Notes under the pieces: model-generated | Databases searched by the model: none | What the model saw: only the letters and a program-made list of their open reading frames with translations | Told to the model about the DNA's origin: nothing | Shown here: one piece after another, positions 36,370 to 45,259 of the stretch | Position numbering within the stretch: the first letter of the stretch is position 1 | Layout of the letters: each line of letters starts with the position of its first letter | Translations under genes and position numbers: made by a program | From: a bacterium | GTDB taxonomy: Bacteria; Bacteroidota; Bacteroidia; Bacteroidales; Tannerellaceae | Length of the DNA stretch: 64,000 nucleotides | Assembly (NCBI GenBank): GCA_963657455.1 | Contig: CAVKMU010000005.1 | Location: 23,949 to 87,948, forward strand | Direction: 5' to 3'

Positions 36370-37341
36370 TTAGTGAGCCGATTTAACCTTGTCCCATTTC
36401 AGATAGATTCCGGCCAAAATCGTGCCGGAGATGCTATGCCATGCGCAACTGATAGCACATGGAAGAACGGCCAATGGCTGAGCTGCAAAGAAGTTACCGG
36501 CAAGCACTGTGGCCAATCCTGCATTCTGCATTCCCACTTCGATAGAAATTGTACGTTTCTTGGCTTGGTTGAAACCCACCAACTTCCCCGATAAATATCC
36601 CAATATGTACCCAAGTGTATTATGGCAGAATACGACGGCAAATGTCCAAAGGAAGAGCATCCAGCCACGAGCCACCAGATCATCGTGAACCGTTGAAATC
36701 ACGCCGCCTACAATACATGCCAAGCATGTAACACTTACCCCGGGCATCAAACTCTGTATAGTCGGGAAACTCTTGCGTTGACTATAGACATAGTTGAGAG
36801 CACAACCTATGGCAACAGGAATGATTGTTACAATCAAAATATTGACAAACATCCCAACCGTATCGATATGGATGATCTCTCCTGCAGTGATTTTCATCAG
36901 CATCGGAGTCATTACCGGAGCTAAAACCGTACTGGCACAAGTCATTCCAACCGAGAACGCCACATCGCCATGACAAAGATAGCTCATGATATTGCTCGAC
37001 ACTCCTCCCGGACAGCAACCTACCAGCAGAATGCCCAACGCCAAAGCCGGATCAAGATGCCATACCTTCACGAGTAAGTACGCCACACCCGGCATGATAA
37101 TAAACTGAGCACAAGCCCCGATAAAGATATCTATCGGACGTTTCGCCAAAATTTTGAAGTCGTTGGTGGTAAGAGTCAACCCCATCGTCAGCATAATGAT
37201 GCCCAAGATAACCGTTTGCGTTGTGCCACGTACCCAATCAAACAGGTGAGGGAAGAAGAAAGTAAACAGGGCAATTCCTATAATAAACAGACTGGTATAA
37301 TTGGCCAGCCATCGACTTATAGTTTGAAATAATCTTAGCAT
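36370..37341 (-). CDS. bile acid:sodium symporter family transporter (possibly PanS-like)
   Basis: MLTMGLTL, GCCPGGVSSN, SIEVGMQNAGL, WHSISG; minus-strand TACCTTTG box at 37422-37429. Confidence 0.88.
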   Translation of the reverse strand: MLRLFQTISRWLANYTSLFIIGIALFTFFFPHLFDWVRGTTQTVILGIIMLTMGLTLTTNDFKILAKRPIDIFIGACAQFIIMPGVAYLLVKVWHLDPALALGILLVGCCPGGVSSNIMSYLCHGDVAFSVGMTCASTVLAPVMTPMLMKITAGEIIHIDTVGMFVNILIVTIIPVAIGCALNYVYSQRKSFPTIQSLMPGVSVTCLACIVGGVISTVHDDLVARGWMLFLWTFAVVFCHNTLGYILGYLSGKLVGFNQAKKRTISIEVGMQNAGLATVLAGNFFAAQPLAVLPCAISCAWHSISGTILAGIYLKWDKVKSAH

Positions 37342-37513
37342 GATATGCGATATTCTTTGTTTTTCTATTATTTATTTTCACTAACCGCGAAAGTGGTTTC
37401 GAACAACTACTTACACGATTGCAAAGGTAACATTTTTTATTGACGAATGCTCCTCCCCTCTTTCATTTAAAAGTAATGAAATGGCAGAAAGTGTGACGGG
37501 AAATATCTAAAAT

Positions 37514-37549
37514 AAAAAAGAGCGGAACCAAGAATAATCTTGTCCGCTC
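37514..37549 (-). terminator. intrinsic terminator after rne/rng
   Basis: A6-GAGCGGA..CAAGA / TCTTG-TCCGCTC. Confidence 0.7.
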
Positions 37550-37572
37550 CTTCTTTTGTTTTCTTGTCATGT

Positions 37573-39147
37573 TTATCCCTTTATTTCGCGTTCTTCTTTC
37601 ATGTCCAACTCGTTCTTGTCTTCATCGAAAAACTTGTATTCCAAGAAAGCGAGACTTTGGTTGGGGATAATCCTCAAGCCGTGCGAATATTTCATTCGCC
37701 ACTGCCAGCTCAAGGAGAAAAATCCTTTGTTCAAATAGGCTGCTACATACGGATGTACATGCAGGGTAAACTTCTTCACATGGTGTTTGTTCACGAGGCA
37801 ATCAACCTTTCCTTCGAGACTGTCTGTAAACAAGATCGACGACTTGACGACACCCGTACCGAAACAAGCCGGGCAACTTTCAGTCGTATCGACATCCAAT
37901 GCCGGACGCACTCGCTGGCGAGTGATCTGCATCAGACAAAATTTGCTTAATGGTAAGATGTTGTGCTTGGCACGATCGCCGGCCATGGCTTTGCACATAT
38001 GCTCGTAGAGCTTCTGTTTGTTGGCATTGTCGTGGATATCAATAAAGTCGATCACGATGATCCCACCCATATCACGAAGGCGCAGTTGGCGAGCAATCTC
38101 GTCGGCAGCTGCCAGATTCACATCGATAGCTGTCTGTTCCTGATCGTCACTTCCTTTGGCACGGTTTCCACTATTGACGTCGATCACGTGCATGGCCTCG
38201 GTATGATCTATCACCAAATAGGCGCCACTCTTGTAGGTAACGGTTCGTCCGAAGAGGGACTTAATCTGTTTGGTGACGGCAAAATTGTCAAAAATCGGAA
38301 GCGACCCTTTGTAATGCTGCACAATATTTTCGCTACCTGGAGCGATGAGTGTCACATACTCCTTCAGGTTTTTGCATACCTCCTCGTCGTTCACATAAAT
38401 GTGTTGGAACGATGGATTATAGATATCGCGCAACAAGGCAACAGCCCGACTGGTCTCCTCGTAAATTAGCGAGGGGGTCTTCGGCTTTTGCAGCTTGAGG
38501 ATGGCGTCTTCCCACCGTTTCACTAATGTCTTCATTTCGTGGTCGAGTTCTGCCACTCGCCGCCCCTCGGCCGAGGTACGGACGATCACTGTAAAATGGT
38601 TCGGCTTGATACTGGTGATCAGTTGGCGCAAACGGGCACGTTCTTCTGCTGTCTTGATTTTGGAAGAGACAGACACTTTGTCTCCGAACGGAATCAAGAC
38701 GATATACCGTCCTGCAAACGAGAGTTCAGATGTGAGTCGGGGGCCTTTCGTTGAAATCGGTTCTTTGGCGATTTGCACCAACACTTCCTGCCCAATCTTG
38801 AGTACATCACCAATACTGCCCGACTTTTCAATTTCGGGAAGCACATTGTTTTTCTGTACCGGAGGCAGTTTTTTGAAGTCGCTAAGCGCCTGTTTCAGAT
38901 ATTTCTGCTGAGTATTAAAATTGGCCCCAAGGTCCTGATAGTGAAGAAATGCATCCTTTTTGTACCCCACGTCGATAAAAGCAGCATTCAGTCCGGGCAT
39001 CAGTTTTTTAACTTTGCCCAAATAGATATCGCCCACAGCAAACTCAACATTGAGAGCCTCCTTTTGAAGCTCGACAAGGCTGTTGTCTTCGAGTACGGCA
39101 ATTGCCATCTCGTTGGGCTGCACATCCACTACTAAATCACTTATCAC
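37573..39147 (-). CDS. ribonuclease E/G family
   Basis: S1 domain (GDIYLGKV..AAFID), KEPISTKGPRLT, IDVNSG, LRDMGGIIVIDFID, CPACFGTG; GTG start. Confidence 0.95.
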   Translation of the reverse strand: MISDLVVDVQPNEMAIAVLEDNSLVELQKEALNVEFAVGDIYLGKVKKLMPGLNAAFIDVGYKKDAFLHYQDLGANFNTQQKYLKQALSDFKKLPPVQKNNVLPEIEKSGSIGDVLKIGQEVLVQIAKEPISTKGPRLTSELSFAGRYIVLIPFGDKVSVSSKIKTAEERARLRQLITSIKPNHFTVIVRTSAEGRRVAELDHEMKTLVKRWEDAILKLQKPKTPSLIYEETSRAVALLRDIYNPSFQHIYVNDEEVCKNLKEYVTLIAPGSENIVQHYKGSLPIFDNFAVTKQIKSLFGRTVTYKSGAYLVIDHTEAMHVIDVNSGNRAKGSDDQEQTAIDVNLAAADEIARQLRLRDMGGIIVIDFIDIHDNANKQKLYEHMCKAMAGDRAKHNILPLSKFCLMQITRQRVRPALDVDTTESCPACFGTGVVKSSILFTDSLEGKVDCLVNKHHVKKFTLHVHPYVAAYLNKGFFSLSWQWRMKYSHGLRIIPNQSLAFLEYKFFDEDKNELDMKEEREIKG

Positions 39148-39227
39148 GTCCGGTGTGTTTTTAAGAATGTATTCAAATGTTTGTTGTTAATAGCGAACGC
39201 TGCCCCGGTTGCGGGGTAGCGACAATA

Positions 39228-39269
39228 AGCAAAGAACAAACTTCCGAAAGGGTAAGTTTGTTCTTTGCT
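39228..39269 (-). terminator. strong hairpin between bS22 and rne/rng (terminator or processing element)
   Basis: Perfect 16-bp stem AGCAAAGAACAAACTT / AAGTTTGTTCTTTGCT. Confidence 0.7.
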
Positions 39270-39287
39270 AAGACTTCCGAAAGAAGA

Positions 39288-39377
39288 TTACTTCTTCTTA
39301 TGACGATTCTTCTTCAGTCTTTTTTTACGTTTGTGCGTAGACATCTTATGTCTTTTTCTTTTCTTTCCGCTTGGCAT
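39288..39377 (-). CDS. 30S ribosomal protein bS22-like (AURKAIP1/COX24-domain) 29-aa protein
   Basis: Translated by hand: MPSGKKRKRHKMSTHKRKKRLKKNRHKKK*; ATG 36 nt after the HU stop; below the ORF-track size cut-off. Confidence 0.88.
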   Translation of the reverse strand: MPSGKKRKRHKMSTHKRKKRLKKNRHKKK

Positions 39378-39413
39378 CGCTTTAAAAATTTTAAAAGATT
39401 AAACGTTCTGTTA

Positions 39414-39686
39414 TTATTTCACTTCGTTCAAGAAAGTCTTTGACGGCTTAAATGAAGGAATATTGTGTTCCGGAATAATGATTGTTGTGTTCTTTGAGAT
39501 ATTCCGCGCTGTTTTTTGAGCTCTTTTCTTAACGATAAAGCTACCAAAGCCTCTCAAATATACATTCTCGTCAGCTGCCAATGAGCCTTTAACAATGCTC
39601 ATGAAAGATTCAACGCTAGCCAATACTGTCTGCTTGTCAATACCGGTGCTTTTTGAAATTTCATTAACAATATCTGCTTTAGTCAT
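39414..39686 (-). CDS. HU/IHF-family DNA-binding protein
   Basis: MTKADIV, VYLRGFGSF, ARNI, PSFKPS; minus-strand TATATTTG box at 39734-39741. Confidence 0.95.
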   Translation of the reverse strand: MTKADIVNEISKSTGIDKQTVLASVESFMSIVKGSLAADENVYLRGFGSFIVKKRAQKTARNISKNTTIIIPEHNIPSFKPSKTFLNEVK

Positions 39687-39855
39687 GTCTAATTAATTTA
39701 TTAATTGATTTGGTCTTATAATTTTTTGGAATGCAAATATATAGCTTTTTCTTGAGGTGAAAAAACAATGTGAGGCATTTTTTCTGAAAAATAGTTTTCG
39801 GCATCTCGATTTATATGTGTATGTTTGCAGCAATCAAACAGTTACAACCCCGCAT

Positions 39856-40947
39856 ATGAACCCATTCAAAACGGCTGAGTCTCAGTCTTTACCCTACGAT
39901 GCGCTCCTTGATTGGTATCGTATTAACCACCGTGTGCTACCCTGGAGGGCCACCCGTGACCCCTATCGGATTTGGATCTCGGAAATTATTTTACAGCAGA
40001 CAAGAGTGGCGCAAGGACTTGACTATTTTAACCGTTTCACAGATCGCTTTCCTGACATTATATCTTTGGCAAATGCTTCAGACGACGAGGTGATGAAGCT
40101 ATGGCAAGGATTAGGCTATTACAGTCGGGCACGTAACTTGCACGAAACTGCCCGCACCATACGCGACCGCTACAATGGAGCATTTCCTACAGACTATACT
40201 GCCGTACGAGCCTTGAAAGGCATCGGCGACTATACGGCTGCAGCCATCGTTTCGTTCGCATGGAATCAGCCTTACGCCGTGGTCGATGGCAATGTCTATC
40301 GTGTGCTCTCCCGGCTCTTTGCCATTGACACCCCAATCGACACGACCCAAGGGAAGCGTCTCTTTGCCGAACTGGCGCAGGAGTTGCTTTACCGTTCTGA
40401 ACCGGGGCTTTATAATCAGGCCATCATGGAGTTGGGAGCTTTGCAATGTCTTCCTCAACACCCGGAATGTGCCACTTGTCCATTGGCCGACCATTGCGAA
40501 GCCTTACGTCTGAAAAAAGCAGACGAACTACCAGTAAAGCAGAAACATATCACCACAACAACCCGCTATCTCCACTATTTTTACTTCCTATATAAAGGAG
40601 AGACGTGGATTCACAAACGGACGGGGCGCGACATTTGGAAGGGGCTTTACGAATTTCCACTTATAGAGACAAGCGAACCGACCGAATGGCCCGAGTTGGT
40701 AAAATCTGAAACTTTTCGCAAATGGATGGGAATCCAATCCTCCACACTGACCATCGAAGCATCAGTCGCTGATCTGAAACATGTGCTTTCACACCAAGTA
40801 CTCCATGCCGCCCTCTACCGCATCCGGCTCTCTGATCCGGTAGCTCTCTCCGACTATTTCCTACCTGTTCGCACAGAAGAGCTCGACTCATTTGCATTTG
40901 CCCGACTGACGGAACGGCTTCTTGAGGAGACTCACACAGACATATAA
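39856..40947 (+). CDS. mutY: A/G-specific adenine glycosylase
   Basis: WISEIILQQT, GLGYYSRARN, GIGDYTA, VDGNV, FeS motif C-x6-C-x2-C-x5-C; start moved to ATG 39856, downstream of TATGTTTG at 39820-39827. Confidence 0.95.
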   Translation: MNPFKTAESQSLPYDALLDWYRINHRVLPWRATRDPYRIWISEIILQQTRVAQGLDYFNRFTDRFPDIISLANASDDEVMKLWQGLGYYSRARNLHETARTIRDRYNGAFPTDYTAVRALKGIGDYTAAAIVSFAWNQPYAVVDGNVYRVLSRLFAIDTPIDTTQGKRLFAELAQELLYRSEPGLYNQAIMELGALQCLPQHPECATCPLADHCEALRLKKADELPVKQKHITTTTRYLHYFYFLYKGETWIHKRTGRDIWKGLYEFPLIETSEPTEWPELVKSETFRKWMGIQSSTLTIEASVADLKHVLSHQVLHAALYRIRLSDPVALSDYFLPVRTEELDSFAFARLTERLLEETHTDI

Positions 40948-40965
40948 GCTATTATTTGTAACGAA

Positions 40966-41060
40966 CACCCGAGTTTTTAGAAAGTTTCTCCCGAGCAAAC
41001 TGCAGTTTGCTCCCGAATAAACTGCAGTTTTGTGCCGAGAAAACTTTTCAATACTACCGA
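40966..41060. repeat. 22-bp lattice repeat array D (palindromic-linker type)
   Basis: Five same-strand cores exactly 22 bp apart (40966, 40988, 41010, 41032, 41054); AAACTGCAGTTT at 40997 and 41019; perfect 20-bp palindrome 40993-41012. Confidence 0.92.
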
Positions 41061-41093
41061 ACAAGATTTCTATGCTTGGGCATGTTTGTTTCT

Positions 41094-42014
41094 TTACTCC
41101 GCCAATCGTTGCCGAATAGCCTCGGGCGAAGTTTCTTTTAATATCACCTGTTTTTGAGCATCGAGCAGATAGAGTGACGGAAAGCCCTGCAAATCGTACA
41201 ATTCTTGTCCGTAGATAACCCCATCAGCATCAAGTCCTACGACCCAATCAGATGGCATCTGCGGTTGCATTTGTCGCCAAAGGCTATGCTCCTCGCCAGG
41301 ATAAATTGCCAAAACCGTCACCTGTTTCTGTCCGATACGTTCCGTTAGCCAGTCTGCATGCGCCAACAGCTCGATCACTTGGTGGCATTCATCGCACGAT
41401 GGATCGAAGAAGAGCAACAATGTGTATGGGCTCTCCACCTCCGAAAGACGGTGGCTGCTCTTGTCAGCCAATTGGTAAACAAAATCTGCAGCTGCACTTC
41501 CTACTCTATTTTTAGACACAGAACGCAACAGCATCGTCGGGCGGATTTTATCGTCAGTTGAGATACGGTCAGACGCAACCATCGCTTCAAGCACCGGAAT
41601 AAAAAGCGACTCGTTACGTATGGGTGAGTCCATATCATAGAGATATTTCTCAAATGTATTGTAAAAGAAATAGAGTCCGTTGCGCGTTACTCCGGCCTGT
41701 TCTATCACTTTCTTTAAAGAGAGGTCAGCTTCCTCGGTAGGTACTAAACGGAAAAGATCCACATAATCGACCAAGGCCTGTTCTGTCTCGACGGCTTGAT
41801 TCACATACTGCAGACTGTCGGCAAAGGGGAAATTGTCCCAATAATGAGCAACCAGATAAGAAGCACGCTCGGCAGGCACGGTGAGCGTCGAAGGGATAAC
41901 CGGCAGTGGAAAAGCAACCTTCTGCCCCACAATGGGAGTTGCCCCACCTAACAATACCGCCATCAAGAGCAATAAGATCTTAGCTTTATGGGAAATCCGG
42001 GAGATTTGTTTCAT
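41094..42014 (-). CDS. exported DUF5106 protein with C-terminal thioredoxin-like domain
   Basis: Signal peptide, HYWDNF, KYLYD.DSPIRNE, FFDPSCDEC (CxxC), PSLYLLD; start moved to ATG 42014, downstream of the minus-strand box at 42039-42046. Confidence 0.78.
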   Translation of the reverse strand: MKQISRISHKAKILLLLMAVLLGGATPIVGQKVAFPLPVIPSTLTVPAERASYLVAHYWDNFPFADSLQYVNQAVETEQALVDYVDLFRLVPTEEADLSLKKVIEQAGVTRNGLYFFYNTFEKYLYDMDSPIRNESLFIPVLEAMVASDRISTDDKIRPTMLLRSVSKNRVGSAAADFVYQLADKSSHRLSEVESPYTLLLFFDPSCDECHQVIELLAHADWLTERIGQKQVTVLAIYPGEEHSLWRQMQPQMPSDWVVGLDADGVIYGQELYDLQGFPSLYLLDAQKQVILKETSPEAIRQRLAE

Positions 42015-42205
42015 CGATTCAGTTATTATAATTCGGCGCAAAGATACACATTTCTCACTCTCATCTCCATGCTTCACAGCAAAATATCGGACACCTGTTT
42101 ATCATACACTACCATATAAAAAACAAAAACCAGTCTCTTCATCCATATTTTTCGACTTGACCAAACTTCTTTTTTCGTAATTTTGCACCAAAGTGTGAGA
42201 AAAAG

Positions 42206-44314
42206 ATGATCGACAAAGCAACTATTGACAGAATATTTGACGCCGCCGACATTGTGGATGTCGTGTCAGATTTCGTAACATTGCGCAAACGCGGTGTCAA
42301 CTATTGGGGACTTTGTCCGTTTCACGACGACAAATCGCCCTCGTTCTCTGTCTCCCCTTCCAAAAATATTTGCAAATGTTTCGCATGCGGGGAAGGAGGA
42401 ACGGCTGTGCAGTTCATCATGAAGCATGAACAGTTGAGTTACCATGATGCCCTTCTCTACCTTGCTAAAAAATACAACATCGAGGTCCATGAGCGCGAGC
42501 TGACCGACAAAGAGAAGCAAGCTCGCAATGACCGGGACAGTATGTTCATTGTCAATGCCTGGGCGCAGAAATATTTTACCTCCATACTCGACAACCATAT
42601 TGACGGACAAAGCATCGGGCGGCGATATTTTGCCGAGCGCGGCTTCCGCGAAGAGACAATCCGCAAATTTCAACTGGGGTATAGCCTCGCAAGTCGCGAT
42701 GCTCTCTATCAAGAAGCCATCAAGAATGGTTATAAGAAGGAATATCTTGAGAAGACCGGACTGGTGATTGCCCACCAAGACGGAGGTGTAACCGACCGTT
42801 TCCAAGGGCGTGTCATGTTTCCTGTCCATACGCTAAGCGGAAAGATCGTGGCCTTTGGCGGGCGAATACTGAAACGAGACGAAAAGCGGGCCAAGTATAT
42901 GAACTCGCCGGAAAGCGAGATCTACCACAAAAGCAATGAACTGTATGGTATCTACTTTGCCAAAAAAGCCATTGTCAAGGCCGACCGCTGCTTCTTGGTT
43001 GAGGGATATACAGACGTCATCTCCATGCATCAGTCGGGAGTGGAGAACGTCGTGGCGTCATCAGGTACCGCCCTAACCCTCGGACAGATCCGCCTCATCC
43101 ATCGCTTCACGAACAACATCACGGTACTCTATGATGGGGATGCGGCAGGTATCAAGGCTGCCATCCGAGGTATCGACCTACTGTTGGCGGAAGGGATGAA
43201 CGTCAAAGTGGTATTACTACCCGACGGCGAGGATCCCGATTCGTTTGCCCGATCGCATAGCGTCAGTGAATTTTCGGCATTCATTCAGGAGAACGAAACA
43301 GATTTCATCCGTTTCAAGACCAAGCTTTTGATGGAGGAAGCCGGCAATGATCCGATCAAGTTGTCAGAATTAAGCCATGACATCATCAATACCATTGCCA
43401 TCGTACCGGACAATATCACCCGCTCCATCTACATTCGTGAGTGCAGCGCGAAAATGATGCTCCGCGAACAGGATATTTTGAACGAGGTGAACCAGCTACG
43501 ACTTTCACGCCAAGAGAATAATCGTCAACCGGGTCCCGGTGCCATTTCTACCGGAAGCTTTTCAAACCGAGGTCTGTTGGGAGAGGATATTCCCCTGAGG
43601 ACACCTCAGGAGAATGGAGAGTCGGCAGACGTACCGCCCAACTTTCCACCGCCACCTGAAGAAGAAGGATATAGATCCGACGGTGATTCCGCTGCCTCTT
43701 CTACTCCTCCGCCCACAGTGGTTCCACCTGAGGCGGAAGAGAGAAAGAACAAATCACCATTCGAAATGTATGAGTTGGCGCTTATGCGTTATATAGTGCG
43801 CTACGGCGAGCGGGTGTTGTTCGATTATGTTGACGATGAAACAGAGCAAAGAATCATATTGCATGTGGCAAACTATATCCGCCGTGAGTTGGAAACGGAC
43901 AACATCCGGTTCTATACGCCCATACTACAACAGATGTTAGACGAGGCGGCCGATCACTGCGAAGAGGATGGTTTCGTCGCTTGGCACTATTTCCGATCAC
44001 ATTCAGATCTGAAAATCAGCCGTATTGCCTCTGAACTGATGAGTGAAAAGTATCAACTGAGCAAGTACCATTCGAAGTTCTGCAAGCTCGACGAGGAGGT
44101 CGACAAATTGGATCAAATCGTAGATCTTGACATTTTAGCGTTCAAGGATGCCTACATTCTGAAGATGATCAACGACAAAAATGAAGAGTTGAGAAACATA
44201 CAATCGGATGATGTAGACAAAACGCAAGCCATTTTGCGCGAACTGGTGGAGCTAAACGAGATAAAGAAAGAGTTATCCAAGAGATTGGGCGAACGTATAA
44301 TCGTAAAAATGTAA
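42206..44314 (+). CDS. dnaG: DNA primase
   Basis: CPFHDDKSPS..CFAC zinc finger, KYMNSPES, VEGYTDV, YDGDAAG, DPDS; TAATTTTG box at 42178-42185. Confidence 0.97.
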   Translation: MIDKATIDRIFDAADIVDVVSDFVTLRKRGVNYWGLCPFHDDKSPSFSVSPSKNICKCFACGEGGTAVQFIMKHEQLSYHDALLYLAKKYNIEVHERELTDKEKQARNDRDSMFIVNAWAQKYFTSILDNHIDGQSIGRRYFAERGFREETIRKFQLGYSLASRDALYQEAIKNGYKKEYLEKTGLVIAHQDGGVTDRFQGRVMFPVHTLSGKIVAFGGRILKRDEKRAKYMNSPESEIYHKSNELYGIYFAKKAIVKADRCFLVEGYTDVISMHQSGVENVVASSGTALTLGQIRLIHRFTNNITVLYDGDAAGIKAAIRGIDLLLAEGMNVKVVLLPDGEDPDSFARSHSVSEFSAFIQENETDFIRFKTKLLMEEAGNDPIKLSELSHDIINTIAIVPDNITRSIYIRECSAKMMLREQDILNEVNQLRLSRQENNRQPGPGAISTGSFSNRGLLGEDIPLRTPQENGESADVPPNFPPPPEEEGYRSDGDSAASSTPPPTVVPPEAEERKNKSPFEMYELALMRYIVRYGERVLFDYVDDETEQRIILHVANYIRRELETDNIRFYTPILQQMLDEAADHCEEDGFVAWHYFRSHSDLKISRIASELMSEKYQLSKYHSKFCKLDEEVDKLDQIVDLDILAFKDAYILKMINDKNEELRNIQSDDVDKTQAILRELVELNEIKKELSKRLGERIIVKM

Positions 44315-44318
44315 TAAG

Positions 44319-45254
44319 ATGAATCTACTGGAGACACATGATATAGTCAAGAAATATGCCACCCATTTGGCTCTCGACGGAGTAAGCATCAACGTGGCAG
44401 AGGGGAAAGTGTTCGGCTTATTAGGACCAAACGGAGCCGGAAAGACGACTCTGATCCGCATCGTCAACCGCATCACTGCCCCTGATCAAGGAACAGTTCT
44501 CTTCGACGGACACCTCTCTCGGCCCGAGGATGTCTATCAAATCGGTTATCTGCCGGAAGAGCGGGGCCTCTACAAGAAGATGAAAGTAGGCGAACAGGCT
44601 ATTTACCTGGCCCAACTCAAAGGGTTAAGCTACAAAGAGGCGCACACCCGATTGCGGCATTGGTTCGAGAAATTCGAAATTTCATCGTGGTGGGACAAGA
44701 AACTGGAGGAACTTTCCAAAGGAATGCAGCAGAAGGTACAATTCATCATAACGGTCATTCACGAGCCTAAACTGCTGATTCTCGACGAGCCGTTCAGCGG
44801 CTTCGACCCCATCAATGCCGAACGTCTCAAGCAAGAGATCCTCGAACTGAAAGAACAAGGGCATACCATTATCTTTTCGACGCACAATATGGCGTCAGTC
44901 GAAGAGATTTGTGATGACATAGCCTTGATAGATCATGCGCAAGTGGTGCTCGCCGGTGGAGTTCAACAAGTGCGCAACCGTTTCAAGACACACCGTTATC
45001 ACCTCTCATTGCAACTGCCTTCTGACGGAGTGTTGCCTCCGTTGCAAAGCAATCTCTTCCACGAGATCAGCCGAAAACACGAGGGTAGCAGCCGGATGTC
45101 GGTATGCCTTCAAAAGGAGCCTGCCGTCAGCAATGCCGCATTGCTTCAAGAGTTGACAAAACAGTACGAGGTACTTTCTTTCACAGAAGAGGTCCCTTCC
45201 ATGCATGATATATTTATTCAAGTGGTAGGCAATACCACCATCCAAGAAAAATAA
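44319..45254 (+). CDS. ABC-2 type exporter ATP-binding protein
   Basis: GPNGAGKTT, LSKGMQQ, ILDEPFSG, STH. Confidence 0.92.
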   Translation: MNLLETHDIVKKYATHLALDGVSINVAEGKVFGLLGPNGAGKTTLIRIVNRITAPDQGTVLFDGHLSRPEDVYQIGYLPEERGLYKKMKVGEQAIYLAQLKGLSYKEAHTRLRHWFEKFEISSWWDKKLEELSKGMQQKVQFIITVIHEPKLLILDEPFSGFDPINAERLKQEILELKEQGHTIIFSTHNMASVEEICDDIALIDHAQVVLAGGVQQVRNRFKTHRYHLSLQLPSDGVLPPLQSNLFHEISRKHEGSSRMSVCLQKEPAVSNAALLQELTKQYEVLSFTEEVPSMHDIFIQVVGNTTIQEK

Positions 45255-45259
45255 AACGT

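Noticed and set aside
37383..37398. Hairpin AACCGC-GAAA-GTGGTT upstream of the symporter as a riboswitch
   Set aside because: Only 6 bp, pairs better on the non-coding strand, and shows no recognisable aptamer.
40966..41060. CRISPR interpretation of the 22-bp arrays
   Set aside because: The whole period is only 22 bp, intervening segments resemble one another rather than being unique spacers, orientation is mixed, and there are no cas genes in the window.
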